From Octopus vulgaris (Eukaryota), in contig OX597835.1 of the NCBI GenBank assembly GCA_951406725.2, forward strand, positions 13,764,001 to 13,828,000: a DNA stretch of 64,000 nt. Reading direction: 5' to 3'. Numbering within the stretch: the stretch's first letter is position 1; the number at the start of each line of letters is the position of its first letter. The notes under the pieces are model-generated. The model had not been told where the DNA came from and did not search any database. It saw only the letters and a program-made list of their open reading frames with translations. Both the position numbers and the translations under genes were made by a program. Below are positions 14,023 through 25,358 of this stretch, one piece after another.

Positions 14023-15496
14023 TTAATCTCTGTTTTCCATGCTGGCATGGGTTGGATGGCTTGACCAGAGTTGGCAGCACTTGACCAGAGCTGCAGCACT
14101 TTCCAGCCTGATTGGGCTTGATTTTTACAGCTGGCTGTCATCCTAAAGTCAACTACTTTACGTTGTGTGCCAGGTGCTTTTACCATGGCACCAGCATGAG
14201 TGCTTTTACATGGCACTGGTGTGAGTGCTTTTCACATGGTACCAGCACAGGATTCTTACAAGACAATCCTCTTCACCAGGGAACATGGCCTTGACACTTC
14301 CATTATGTGGGACAGGTCTCTTTGAGCACAGCAAGGCACCAGGTATCTTAGTCCTTTGTCATCTCGTCCAAAAGGTTCAGTGTTCCGAGGTTGTCCTTCA
14401 GTACTTTGTCCCACGTCTTCCTGGGTCTACCTCTTCCATGAAGTTCCATCCACTTTGAGTGAAAAGCACTACCATTATCAAGAAAATATCATTACACCCC
14501 CTTCCACTTAATCCTCAACACCACTCATCCCAATCCCTCAAAATCGCTCTGGTTCCTGGATCTCACTATCTCTGAGGATCTCTGCTGGCGAAAACATATC
14601 ATTAACATAGCTAAGATGCATCCCAACAACTGACCCTTCTATTCAAAGACAGAACATACTGTAGAAATGAGTTGCAACGTCACTGGTACCAAGCTGTGTT
14701 GGCCTTTGCCTTTCCCTTGGATAACATCAGTGGGTGACTGTTGACCTTCCATAAACAACCTTGCCCAGACTTGTGCCTCGGAGAGTAACTTTCTGGGCGC
14801 AATCCCATGGTCACTCATGACCAAAGGGGGTCTCCTCCTCATATATGATAGGCTTCTTTCAGTTTCCATCTACCAAACCCACTCACAAGGTTTTGGTCAA
14901 GCCAAGGCTACAGTAGAAGACACTTGCCCAGGGTGTCGTCATGCAGTGGGTCTGAACCCGGAACCACATGGTTGAGAAGCAAACCTCTTACCACAGACAT
15001 ATATATGGTGTACTGAGTACATTCTTTTCCAGTCTGAATTTCCTTACGTGATTGAAAATTCTTCCTCAGTTCCTCCCTTCACTAAAATTCCTCCTCTTAA
15101 ATTTCAAATTCCTCTCCCGTTAATCAAGTACCACCCATCTGAGAAACTCTGCTCCAGACAAAATAAATAAATAAATAAGAAATAAAATCTATCCGAAAAT
15201 GTTGTGAAACTATTGTAAGTAATCCAGTATTTGAGAAACGCGTCTACAGCACAACAGTCCATAGAAACTTCCACATTCGATAGTATTCCAGCGTAATTAT
15301 TGGAATTATGATAATGGCGATAGTGAGCCGTTATCTTGTTGGAAACATTGATTGTTCTTCTTCAGTTCCAACATTAAACAAATGGTAGATGATATAATCA
15401 GACATTCTCAATTAACAATTCAAGGACAACAATTATTATTTTCTGAAAACCTACAAAACACCCAAACACCTAATACTCTAGTCAATAGTATAATAT

Positions 15497-15914
15497 ACTC
15501 TTACTCTTTTACTTGTTTCAGTCATTTGACTGTGGCCATGCTGGAGCACCGCCTTTAATCGAGCAACTCGACCCCGGGACTTATTCTTTTTGTAAGCCCA
15601 GTACTTATTCTATCGGTCTCTTTTGCCGAACCGCTAAGTAACGGGGACATAAACACACCAGCATCGGTTGTCAAGCAATGCTAGGGGGACAAACACAGAC
15701 ACACAAACACACACACGCACACATATATATATATATATACATATATACGACGGGCTTCTTTCAGTTTCCGTCTACCAAATCCACTCACAAGGTTTCGGTT
15801 GGCCCGAGGCTATAGTAGAAGACACTTACTTGCCCAAGGTGCCACGCAGTGGGACTGAACCCGGAACCATGTGGTTGGTAAACAAGCTACTTACCACACA
15901 GCCACTCCTACGCC
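15497..15914 (-). mobile_element. SINE family A
   Basis: Full-length copy. Confidence 0.85.
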
Positions 15915-16409
15915 TATATATATATATATATATATAATAATAAATATTAGGGAATAAATCCAAATTTACAGGGAAAAAAAAAAAAATCAGATTTAGGATT
16001 AAATCCAATTTTATAGTAAAATATTATAAAATATTATTAGAGACAAAACCACTATTTTGCAAAACAAACAAGGAAAGACTTAATCAATACATAAAATTTT
16101 AATAAATAGTCAAAAAATAGTCTCTAATAATATTTTATATATATATATATGGAGATATTCTTTAAAGTTCTTCATTTGTTAGGCGTTAGCAACACTGAAT
16201 CTAATGAAAATTAATTCATATCACTGTAAAATTAATGTTATCACCCCATTGTTAATTGCTTGTATTATAGGCTCAAAAATAACTATGTATAACCATGTTT
16301 GTTAGGCAACCATATAGTAGCACTAGTGACTGCTACTGCTGCTGCTGCTGCTACTTCTTCTTCTTCCAATCAGGACTCACGCTATTAGCCACAAAGAATA
16401 ATCTCTAAT

Positions 16410-16838
16410 TCGAGCCTACTCTAAGCTACTAAGAATGCATGTAACAACTTGAAGGTCCACCCACCACACGCGATAGACTGGCGGTTGCACGGGCGCGAAA
16501 GCCACGTTGCTATCCTCATTCCGTAAACGGTGGCTTTTAACGGGTGGAGAGCTGAACCATCCTGGGGGTACACAGAATTCGCAATCTAGACTAGGGTCTG
16601 AAAGTTTACCACACCATAGTGGGTTACACCATGGTTCCTCTGCTTTGTGGCAGAAGTAGGAAGAAAGAGTGAGAGAAAGTTGTGGTGAAAGAGTACAGCG
16701 GGGGTTCACCACTATCCCCGCCAGAGCTTCATGGAGCTCAGGTGTTTATGCTCAATAAACACTCACAATGCCCAGTCTGGGAATCGAAACTGCGTTCTTA
16801 TGACCGCAAGTCTGCTGCCCAAACCACTGGGCCATTGC
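16410..16838 (-). mobile_element. tRNA-derived SINE, third family
   Basis: Minus-strand head with A-box TGGCCCAGTGG and B-box GTTTCGATTCC; 3' boundary approximate. Confidence 0.6.
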
Positions 16839-17331
16839 TGCTGCTGCTCTCCCTCTTCACCTCCTCCTCTCCGTCCTGCCCTCCTTTTTCCTCACTTCCC
16901 GCTCACCCTCCTGATCCTCTTCTCCTCCCATGATCAAACCAAGGAATCTATATTTCCATTGGTTTTCCAAACTGTTGATCCTTTCTGTCAATCACAACTC
17001 CCAATCATCGTTCATCATCATCATCCTCATCATTTAATGTCCGTTGCCCATGCTGGCATGGGTTGGATGGCTTGACCAGAGCTGGCAAGTTGGGGAGCTG
17101 CTCCAGGCTCCAGCCTGATTTGGTATGGTTCCTACAGCCGGATGCCATTCCTAACGCCAACCACTTTACAGAGTGTGCTGGGTGTTTTTGCGTGACACCA
17201 CACGGTCGCTTTTACATGGCACCGCACAGGCACTCTTATGTGGCACCACAGGGGCACTTAAGGAGAAATCTGAGCCAGTGGAGTCACCATAATTTTAAGG
17301 AAAATATACAAAATAATACAAACAGCCTTAA

Positions 17332-17551
17332 CCCTTTAGTGTTCAGATTAATTTGTCAAAAGTAATCCTTATTTATTCACATTTAAAAAAATTTATCTAA
17401 TATTATTTTGTACCTTCAAGATAGGAAAGATGTAATTGCTTATTTTTGGAGTGACATTGCAGGGTAGGTGTGAGATGCATGTTCTGACCAGTTTGAGCAT
17501 AAAATGTGTAGAATATTTGGGCCGGATACAGCCGGTTTAAACACTAAAGGG
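17332..17551. mobile_element. piggyBac-type MITE, same family
   Basis: TTAA|CCCTTTAGTGTT ... AACACTAAAGGG|TTAA. Confidence 0.8.
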
Positions 17552-18035
17552 TTAAGGTTAAGGCATCTTGAGCAAGTGTTTTCACAACAGCTTCAAGGTG
17601 ACCCATCCTTTGGGAGATGAATTTGCTCAGATTCAAACAGGAGTCAAATAAAAACTAAAATACTACCAATTCTTCAAACGATGACCCTTACAGAAAAATA
17701 CAAGAACATCATTGTTATAATCCTTTATTCTTCAACAGTTTCCTAATGCCGGATTAGGATTAGATAATCTAACAATAACAACATGAATTAAAATTATCAA
17801 AATTAATGTAGTGTTTATCTTGTGTTGACCTTCACAAATTTAGTTTTATAAGTGACCTACTTAATAACATGTAAATAGTAATTATCAATGAAAGCTAAGG
17901 TAATTTGGTATAAGCATTTTATGGAATTTAATTAATTTTCTAAATAGTAATTTTAGATTAGAAGTTTATTCAAAACCCTAGCAGCTAAGCTCAGTTTCAC
18001 CTGGTCAGTTTGGATGATGTGGTTGTAAAACCTGC

Positions 18036-18442
18036 TCTACTCTTTTACTTGTTTCAGACATTTGACTGCGGCCATGCTGGAGCACTGCCTTTAGTCGAGC
18101 AAATCGACCCCAGGACTTATTCTTTGTAAGCCCAGTATTTATTCTATCGGTCTCTTTTGCCGAACCGCTAAGTGACGGGGACGTAAAGACACACCAGCAT
18201 CAGTTGTCAAGCAATGCTAGGGGGACAAACACAGACACACAAACACATGCATATATATATATATATATATACATATATACGACAGGCTTCTTTCAGTTTC
18301 CGTCTACCAAATCCACTCACAAGGCACTGGTCGGCCCGGGGCTATAGCAGAAGACACTTGCCCAAGATGCCACGCAGTGGGATTGAACCCAGAACCATGT
18401 GGTTGGTTAGCAAGCTACTTACTACACAGCCACTCTTGCGCC
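18036..18442 (-). mobile_element. SINE family A
   Basis: Full-length copy. Confidence 0.85.
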
Positions 18443-18869
18443 TGTGTAAGCATTCAACTTGTTTGGGTATGCTTACATTAAAAAAACAATTTTAGAATGA
18501 CTTTTTCCTGTCAAACCGCTAAAAATAACTGACCAACAAAAAAAAAAAAAAAACAAAGATTCAACCAAATCAAAAAATAAACCATCCCACTTCAAAGATG
18601 AACCATCCCATTTCAAGAACTGAAACTCCAAGAACTGAAACCAAAGAACCCCTCACAGATCAGGATTATCAAAATGTTAAAAGCTGTTACGTTTACTAAG
18701 ATAAACTGCATTATTTTTATTACAGTAGTTTTTAATTTGTTTCATTAGTTTTTTGGAGGCTTTTTTTTTGCGGGGGGGGGGGGGGGCCACAACAAATGCA
18801 GAGAAACAGACATAACAGTAGTATTAAAAAAAACATAAATAAATAAATACAGACACATAGAGGGATTTT

Positions 18870-19228
18870 GTGGCCGATGCCAGTGCTGCCTCAACTGGCT
18901 TCCGTGTCGGTGGCACGTAAAAAGCACCATCCGAACCGTGGCCGATGCCAGTGCTGCCTCGACTGGCTTCCGTGCTGGTGGCACGTAAAATGCACCAATC
19001 TGACCGTGGCCGTTGCCAGCCTCACCTGGCACCTGTGCAGGTGGCACGTAAAAGCACCCACTACACTCACGGAGTGGTTGGCGTTAGGAAGGGCATCCAG
19101 CTGTAGAAACATTGCCAGATCAGACTGGAGCCTGGTGCAGCCTTCTGGCTTCCCAGATCCCCAGTCGAACCGTCCAACCCATGCCAGCATGGAAAGCGGA
19201 CACTAAACGATGATGATGATGATGATGA
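18870..19228 (+). mobile_element. (GAT)n-tailed non-autonomous retroelement family C with ~60-bp internal subunits
   Basis: GTGCCGGTGGCACGTAAAAAGCACC subunits, then GGTTGGCGTTAGGAAGGGCATCCAGC...CATGGAAAGCGGAC-TAAAC(GAT)n; other copies at ~1280-1610, 34122-34410, 39075-39262, 40735-41105, 43222-43405, 44533-45203, 46778-47045, 51270-51590, 56806-57012. Confidence 0.8.
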
Positions 19229-19509
19229 ATTGAAGAAATAAAATACTGGTTTCAAATTTTGGTAGAGGGCCAGCAACTTTTGAGGGGAAGTGGGCAAGTT
19301 ACATCGACTCCACCCCCAGCCCACCGCAGTACTCAACTGGTACTTACTTCATCGACCCCAAAAGGATGAAAAGGCAAAATCAACATGGGCAGAATTTGAG
19401 CTCAGAAATTAAAAAAAAAAAAAAAAGACAAAATACCACTAAGCATTTTGTCTGGTGTCCTAATGGTTCTGCCAGCTCACCACCTTAATAATAATAATAA
19501 TAATAATAG

Positions 19510-19790
19510 ATACCAGCAAACCTGAAAATGGCAGAAATTCAAAAGATAGTGCTCATGGGAACTGCCCATATCCTAAGCAAAATACTTTCTATGTAATCTC
19601 AAAGTTTTAAAACAAACACATAATTTTCTTATGGTTTCTTAAACATTCTCTAGAACAACACTATGTACAAAACCAAATATATGGCACCCTAGGCATAGCA
19701 CCAACATGAACTTCCAATTTGTTGTCTCTTGAGGTCTCTGGGTGTGACTTGGAGCCAACTTGTACAAATGTAAAGCAAAAGTCAAACATA

Positions 19791-19792
<2 letters not shown>
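19510..19792 (+). mobile_element. R4/Dong-like retrotransposon 3' fragment within (TAA)n
   Basis: EIQKIVLMGTAHILSKILSM* followed by a 3'UTR; (TAA)n flanks. Confidence 0.7.
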
Positions 19793-19826
<34 letters not shown>

Positions 19827-20054
19827 TAAAAATAATCCTTTCTACTATAGGTACAAGGCCTAAAATTTGGGGGATAGGGGCCAGTCGATTACATCGACCC
19901 TAGTACTTGACTGGTACTTATTTCATCGACCCCAAAAGGATGAAAGGCAACATCAACCTCAGTGGAATTTGAACTCAGAACGTAACGAAAGATTAAATAC
20001 AGCCAAGCATTTCACCAAGAATGCTAAGCATTTTGTCCAGCATACTAACGATTC

Positions 20055-20272
20055 TTATTTCTTTATTGCCCAGAAGGGGCTAAACACGGAGGGGACAAAC
20101 AAGGACAGGCAAGGGGATTAAGTCGATTACATCGACCCCAGTGTGTAACCGGTACTTAATTTATCAACTCTGAAAGGATGAAAGGCAAAGTCGACCTCGG
20201 CGGAATTTGAACTCAGAACATAGCACTAAGCATTTCACCAAGTGTGCTAACAATTCTGCCAGCTCACCGCCT
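20055..20272 (-). mobile_element. SINE family B monomer
   Basis: Reverse-complement copy. Confidence 0.8.
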
Positions 20273-21435
20273 TAACAAACTCAGAACATAGCAGCACCAG
20301 CTTGCCTCATTAAAGAAATAAAATATAAAAACTTATTAGCAATGTATTTTTCAAGGGTATTGTCAACTGAAGAGTGTTGCCTTTTCTTATCTTTTCTTAA
20401 ACAAAAAAAAAAAAGGGTCTTTTATAACTGAGACACTCTTCTAAACCCCAATCACTAGGTATGAATAGAATCATGAAATGTCTGCTTTCCATGCTGGCAT
20501 GGGTTGGATGGTTTGACTGAGGACTAGCAACCCAGGAGGCTACACCAGGCTCCAAGGTTTCTACAGCTTGATGCCCTTCTTAACGCCAACCACTCTGAGA
20601 GTGTAGTGGGTGCTTTTTACATGTCACTGGTATGGGGGCCAATCAGGCGACACTGGCATCAACCACACTCAAATGGTGCATTTTACGTGTATAAATTAGA
20701 GGCTTTCAGCTGAGTTCAACAGTTTTATGGCAATTATTAAATGCTCTAAGGTGGTGAACTGGCAGAGTTGTTAGAATGTTAGATATTTTGTCTTGCAGTA
20801 TTTGTTTTGATTCTCTACAATCTGAGTTCAAATCATGCCATGGTCAAATTTTCCCTTTTATCTTTTCTGAAATGGTACAAAAATAAGTAACAGCCCAGGA
20901 ATAGGGGTGAACTGAAGGATTGACAGAAAGGAATTGTTAGAGCATTGAACAGGATGTCTGGTGCCTTGTGGTGTCTGTTCTAGATTTGTATGATTTTTTT
21001 GTTTAAATTCTGTTCCTGTCAGCTCAAAAATGGTGTCATTACTGTCAGGAATTGTGATTGACAGATTGAATCAACAATTTGGTAAACCAATGTAAAAATA
21101 GTTTCCTTGGTTTGATCAGGGGAGGAGAGGGGGATGAGAGTGGAAAAGGAGGGTAGGAGGGAGAAGAGAGAGGAAGGAGGAGGAGAAAAAGGCAAGGAGG
21201 ATGGAGAGCAGCAGCAGATTCCACTGCCACCACCTCCAGCGCCTTTATTAAATGTCCTGGCATACACTCAAACACAAAACACATCTCGAAAATAGAATTT
21301 CTGGTAATAACTCTCGGTGTTTATCTGCCCAAATTACTATCTTTAGTTATGAATGCATGTAGCTAAGTGGTGAGTGTATGCAGCTCATGATCGTAAAGTT
21401 GTGAGTTCAATTCCTGGTGGCATGTTCTTTCCTTC

Positions 21436-21890
21436 ATCATCATCATTGTTTAACGTCCGCCTTCCATGTTAGCATAGGTTGGACGATTTGACAGGTCTGG
21501 CGAACCAGATGGCTGCACCAGGTTCCAATCTGATCTGGCAGAGTTTCTACAGCTGGATGCCCTTCCTAATGCCAACCACTCCGAGAGTGCAGTGGGTGTT
21601 TTTAAGTGCCACCAGCACGAGGGGCAGTGAGGCGGTACTGGCAACGACCACACTCAAATAATGTTTTTTACATGCCACCTGCACAGGAGCCAGTCCAGCA
21701 GCACTGGCAACGACCTCACTTGAATGTTTTTTCAAGTGCCAGTAAGGCAACGCTGGTAATGATCACGCTTGAATGGTGCTTTTTACATGCCAGCAGCATG
21801 GAAGCCAGTTAGCTGCTCTGGCAACGATCATGCTCGGATGGTGCTCTTGGCGCTCCACTAGCACGGATGCCAGTCATTGAATTTGATTTC
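21436..21890 (-). mobile_element. Family C retroelement, long copy, nested in a tRNA-SINE
   Basis: (CAT)n at left, five subunits, GAAATC-like 5' end at right. Confidence 0.8.
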
Positions 21891-21920
21891 TATTCTTTGA
21901 ACAAGACATTTTATTTCACA

Positions 21921-22312
21921 CTAGCAGTATCGCCCGGCGTTGCTCGGGTTTGTAAGGGAAATAACTATATAAGCATTTTTAGAGATGTAAAGTATAATAG
22001 CCATCTCAATATGACTAACCACAAAGGGGTGTTACTGTAGCTTTTTACATTCTGAGATTTAATAATAAATTTTTAGAGAGTTACTTCCCTAATATATGCC
22101 AAAAATGCATTGAAAATGGGAAAAATTGATGGTAAATTTTTTTTAAATCATAGACTCATCGTAGACGCGTGCTAATACCCAGAAGGGCTCAATATGAATC
22201 ACGACTATAAGATACCCGGTTTTGGCTAAACTGCACCGCAAAATGTGGGAGTAGTTAGGAATCTAAATCGTAGGAGACAGACATCACACAACCTCACTTT
22301 TATATATAAAGA
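21921..22312 (-). mobile_element. Non-autonomous Helitron, copy 1
   Basis: Minus strand starts TC(TTTATATATAAAAG) and ends with hairpin CCCGAGCAACGCCGGG, 8 nt, then CTAG; inserted between A and T with no TSD; removing it restores SINE sequence tttatttcaca|ttgctc. Confidence 0.88.
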
Positions 22313-22719
22313 TTGCTCTTGTGAACTCAGCTGGCAAAAAAATGAGTCGTACCTGTACTTCAAAGCGCCAGCCTTGCCACATTCCATGTCAAGCTGAATC
22401 TCTGAGAACCGAGTTAAGCACACGCACGTCTGTGGAACGCTCAACCATTTTACATGTTAATTCCATGAGCAGACTGTTCCACTGATTGGACCAACTAGAA
22501 CCCTCAGTAACTCTTGGAGTACCAGTTATTAACCATCTTTGGTAATTATTTGAACCACACAATGACACAGAGGTGTTTGAGAATTTCATAAACATCCATA
22601 ATGATTGACAAATAACCAAGATATAATCAAACATCGAATTTCAATTTTTGAATAAAAAATACCATCAAAAAAACAAGTACAGACAATACAAAAATACAAG
22701 ATATACATATATATATATA

Positions 22720-23279
22720 TTGGGTTGTCCGGAAAGTTTGTGCCGAGTTTCAAAGGAAAGAAAAAGGTCAATAAATACTTGCCATTACATTTTTAATCAA
22801 CCAAATATGAACCATTTTGTTGCACAATGTGTCTCCATCTTTCCTCTAATTTGAAAATACCCTCATCCCGGAATTGAGGTGGTTTCATGGCAAAGAATTC
22901 ATCAAGGTATCTTTTTACGTCATCCAAGGAATTGAAATTTTTACCATTAAGACTATTCTGCAGAGACCTGAATAAGTGGAAATCCAAAGGAACAATATCT
23001 GGTGAATATGGAGAGTGGAGTAACACATCCCAGCCGAGCCGCAGCAATTTTTGTCTAGTTCCCAAACATCAAGTGCCGAAAATGAACTTTCTTCCATTTT
23101 AAAGGGTAACAGAATTAACACAGGTTATAGGAACATAAACCTTCTTCCACGAAAAGATAGCTTAGACTGTACTCTAAATGGAGGTGTAGTCAAATCCTAT
23201 TTTCTGGACTCAACCATGTTCTAAAATAAGTCGAATGGTAAGCTGCTATAAATTGGCACAAACTTTCCGGACAACCCAA
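22720..23279 (-). mobile_element. Internally deleted mariner (Tc1/mariner) element with transposase remnant
   Basis: TIRs TTGGGTTGTCCGGAAAGTTTGTGCC / GGCACAAACTTTCCGGACAACCCAA with TA on both sides. C-terminal remnant LGWDVLLHSPYSPDIVPLDFHLFRSLQNSL...GIFKLEERW (YSPDLAP-D motif) at 23065-22793; frameshifted N-terminus MEE/VHFRHLM from ATG at 23097. Confidence 0.93.
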
Positions 23280-23319
23280 TATACATATATATATATATAT
23301 ATAGATGAGAAATACTTAC

Positions 23320-23798
23320 CACTAGGCAAGGCAAACGTAGCATACTCAGTGAAAAAATAACATTGGAACTCTCCTTTCCGTTGTCTTAGATATGTTGAGA
23401 TTTCTCTACGAATATCTGCTGCTAGATCGGGGCTTGAGTGTGATGGAAGACGTTTTACTACTTTCGATGCCATGTCAGTAGCTGTCAGTAAGACCGCAAG
23501 CATGTCTTCCCGTTGAAACCGAATTGCTAAATGCACCAAAGTATAGCCTACCTCAAATGCACTCGGTCTGTTCAAAAACGTGACCTCATCTTGATTTAAC
23601 TGCCGAGCAGGGTTACCACCAGAAGCTAGATATGTTTCAACAGTGTCCGAGTCCCCGTCAACAACACCTATACATGCATTTAACCAGGACCAGTCTTTGT
23701 CTCGTAAGCGTGTGCGGAGAAGACGTAAACGCCTTTCTTCACTCCATTTGTCAGGTTCGTTGGAAGCATAAGGTAATGCTGCAGTTGCCCCCACCTGT

Positions 23799-23836
<38 letters not shown>

Positions 23837-24625
23837 TTGCTGCTGTTGTTGTTGTTGTTGTTGTTGCTGCAGTTGCTGCTCATGAGAGTCACTTTTATGT
23901 ATATAAATGGACGAATGGTTTGCTTTTATTTGTAATGAATCTGACATTTCTACAGGTGAACAACTGTTCAGATTACACGAAGAACTCGGCTCTGAAGTAG
24001 TTTTGCTAGCTCCACAGATAACACACTTCAGAGACTTGGGCCAATTATCAAAAGTACAAGATTTACAGGTCCATTTACCAAGAGAGCGTGTAAGGGCTGA
24101 AGATACTGACCGATTTTTGTCATTGTAAAAATCTTTAGTAGTATCAGGAGAATTTGGTGAGTTACGGTTTGCCATGTTGTTACCAGACGATGGTTCCATA
24201 TTTATCGATAGGACTTGACCTGGGCTTTTAGAGGGGTTAGTCTTATTGACGTATGTAGTGGATGGTGACTGTTTCCGTAGCATTAAACACTGTGTACACT
24301 TTATGGCGCGGGGCCAATTCAGGTAGGTACAAAGATGACACGCCCACTTCTCAGTCCAAGGAGCCACGATGGAAGGGCTTTTTTTGCAAGTGATGTCATT
24401 TTGTGTTGGGCTTGTGGGGATTAGATTTGTGGAGCTACTGTTGCTTGAAGCCGAATTCATCATTGATGCCATCTTATAAATGTCTTGCTCGTTATTTAAA
24501 GCATCATCTGTAATGAGCTGCGGTGTTCGAGATGCACAGCATAAAGTGCACTTTTTAGCAGCAGGGAAGTTTTCGTATGTACAGTAGTCACAAGCCCATT
24601 TCTCTAACTCGTTCATTTTCCTCAT
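23320..24625 (-). CDS. ZRANB1: TRABID/ZRANB1 OTU deubiquitinase, first coding exon (exon 24639-23320; ATG at 24625 or 24616): 3 NZF zinc fingers, polyQ, ankyrin UBD, start of OTU region; gene continues beyond the window start
   Basis: Translation has KWACDYCTYENFPAAKKCTLC, KWACHLCTYLNWPRAIKCTQC and KWTCKSCTFDNWPKSLKCVIC (three RanBP2/NZF fingers), then WLNACIGVVDGD...GGNPARQL...LNRPSAFEVGYTLVHLAIRFQREDMLAVLL...LRQRKGEFQCYF...TFALP, matching TRABID. Acceptor tcttttctttttgtattttag|T at 24640/24639; donor AGTG|gtaagt at 23320/23319 (phase 1). Confidence 0.95.
23795..23869 (-). repeat. Coding CAG/CAA repeat, 25 consecutive Gln, between NZF3 and AnkUBD
   Basis: 75 nt of mixed ctg/ttg on the + strand, in frame; preceded by EQQL. 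Confidence 0.95.
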
Positions 24626-24765
24626 GTGGTCAAAATGTACTAAAATACAAAAAGAAAAGAGACACATGAGAACAAGCTGGCAATTACTGATAGAAGCAAA
24701 TCTGTGAGAAATAACAACAAGGCTGTCTAATAAGAAAAATGAAGTGTGCATGTAGGTATGATATA

Positions 24766-25147
24766 CTAGCAGTATCGCCCGGCGTTGCTCGGGTTTGTAA
24801 GGGAAATAACTATATAAGCATTTTTAGAGAGTTATAGCCAAAAAATAGCAAAAAATGCATTAAAAATGGGTAAATTTTTTTTTAAATCGTTGACTCATCG
24901 TAGACATTTTTAGAGAGTTACTTCCCTTATATAATAGCGAAAAATGCATTAAAATGGAAAAAAAATGATGGTAAATTTTGTTTTTAATCGTAGACTCATC
25001 GTAGACGCACGCTAATACCCTGAAGGGCTCGATATGAATCACGACTATAAGATACCCGGTTAAACTGCACCACAAAATGTGGGAGTAGTTAGGAATTTAA
25101 ATCGTAGGAGACAGACACTCACACAACTTCACTTTTATATATAAAGA
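24766..25147 (-). mobile_element. Non-autonomous Helitron, copy 2 (same family and orientation)
   Basis: Same TC 5' end, same hairpin and CTAG 3' end, A|T insertion; largely collinear with 21921-22312. Confidence 0.88.
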
Positions 25148-25150
25148 TAT

Positions 25151-25358
25151 CAGTGGTTTTCAACCAGGGTTTCGCAGAACCTTAGGGTTCTGCCAGTACA
25201 GTCCAGGGGTTCCGCAAGAAGTTACAAAACTGCTAAAATCAGCAGTAATTTTTAATTCTCCTGCGCAGATATTTGTGCATAAGACTATTAAATTATTGCA
25301 CAGGGTTTCCTCAAGCCAGTGGAATGTTTCCTTGGGGTTCCAAAAAGGTTGAAAAGCA

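Noticed and set aside
15200-15451. Minus-strand acceptor tgttttgtag with a short ORF MSDYIIYHLFNVGTEEEQSMFPTR
   Set aside because: Stops in all frames after the acceptor and no similarity to TRABID; unsupported
24640-24751. N-terminal 38 aa of the 501-aa ORF
   Set aside because: Lies upstream of a clear polypyrimidine-AG acceptor; intronic, with no TRABID similarity
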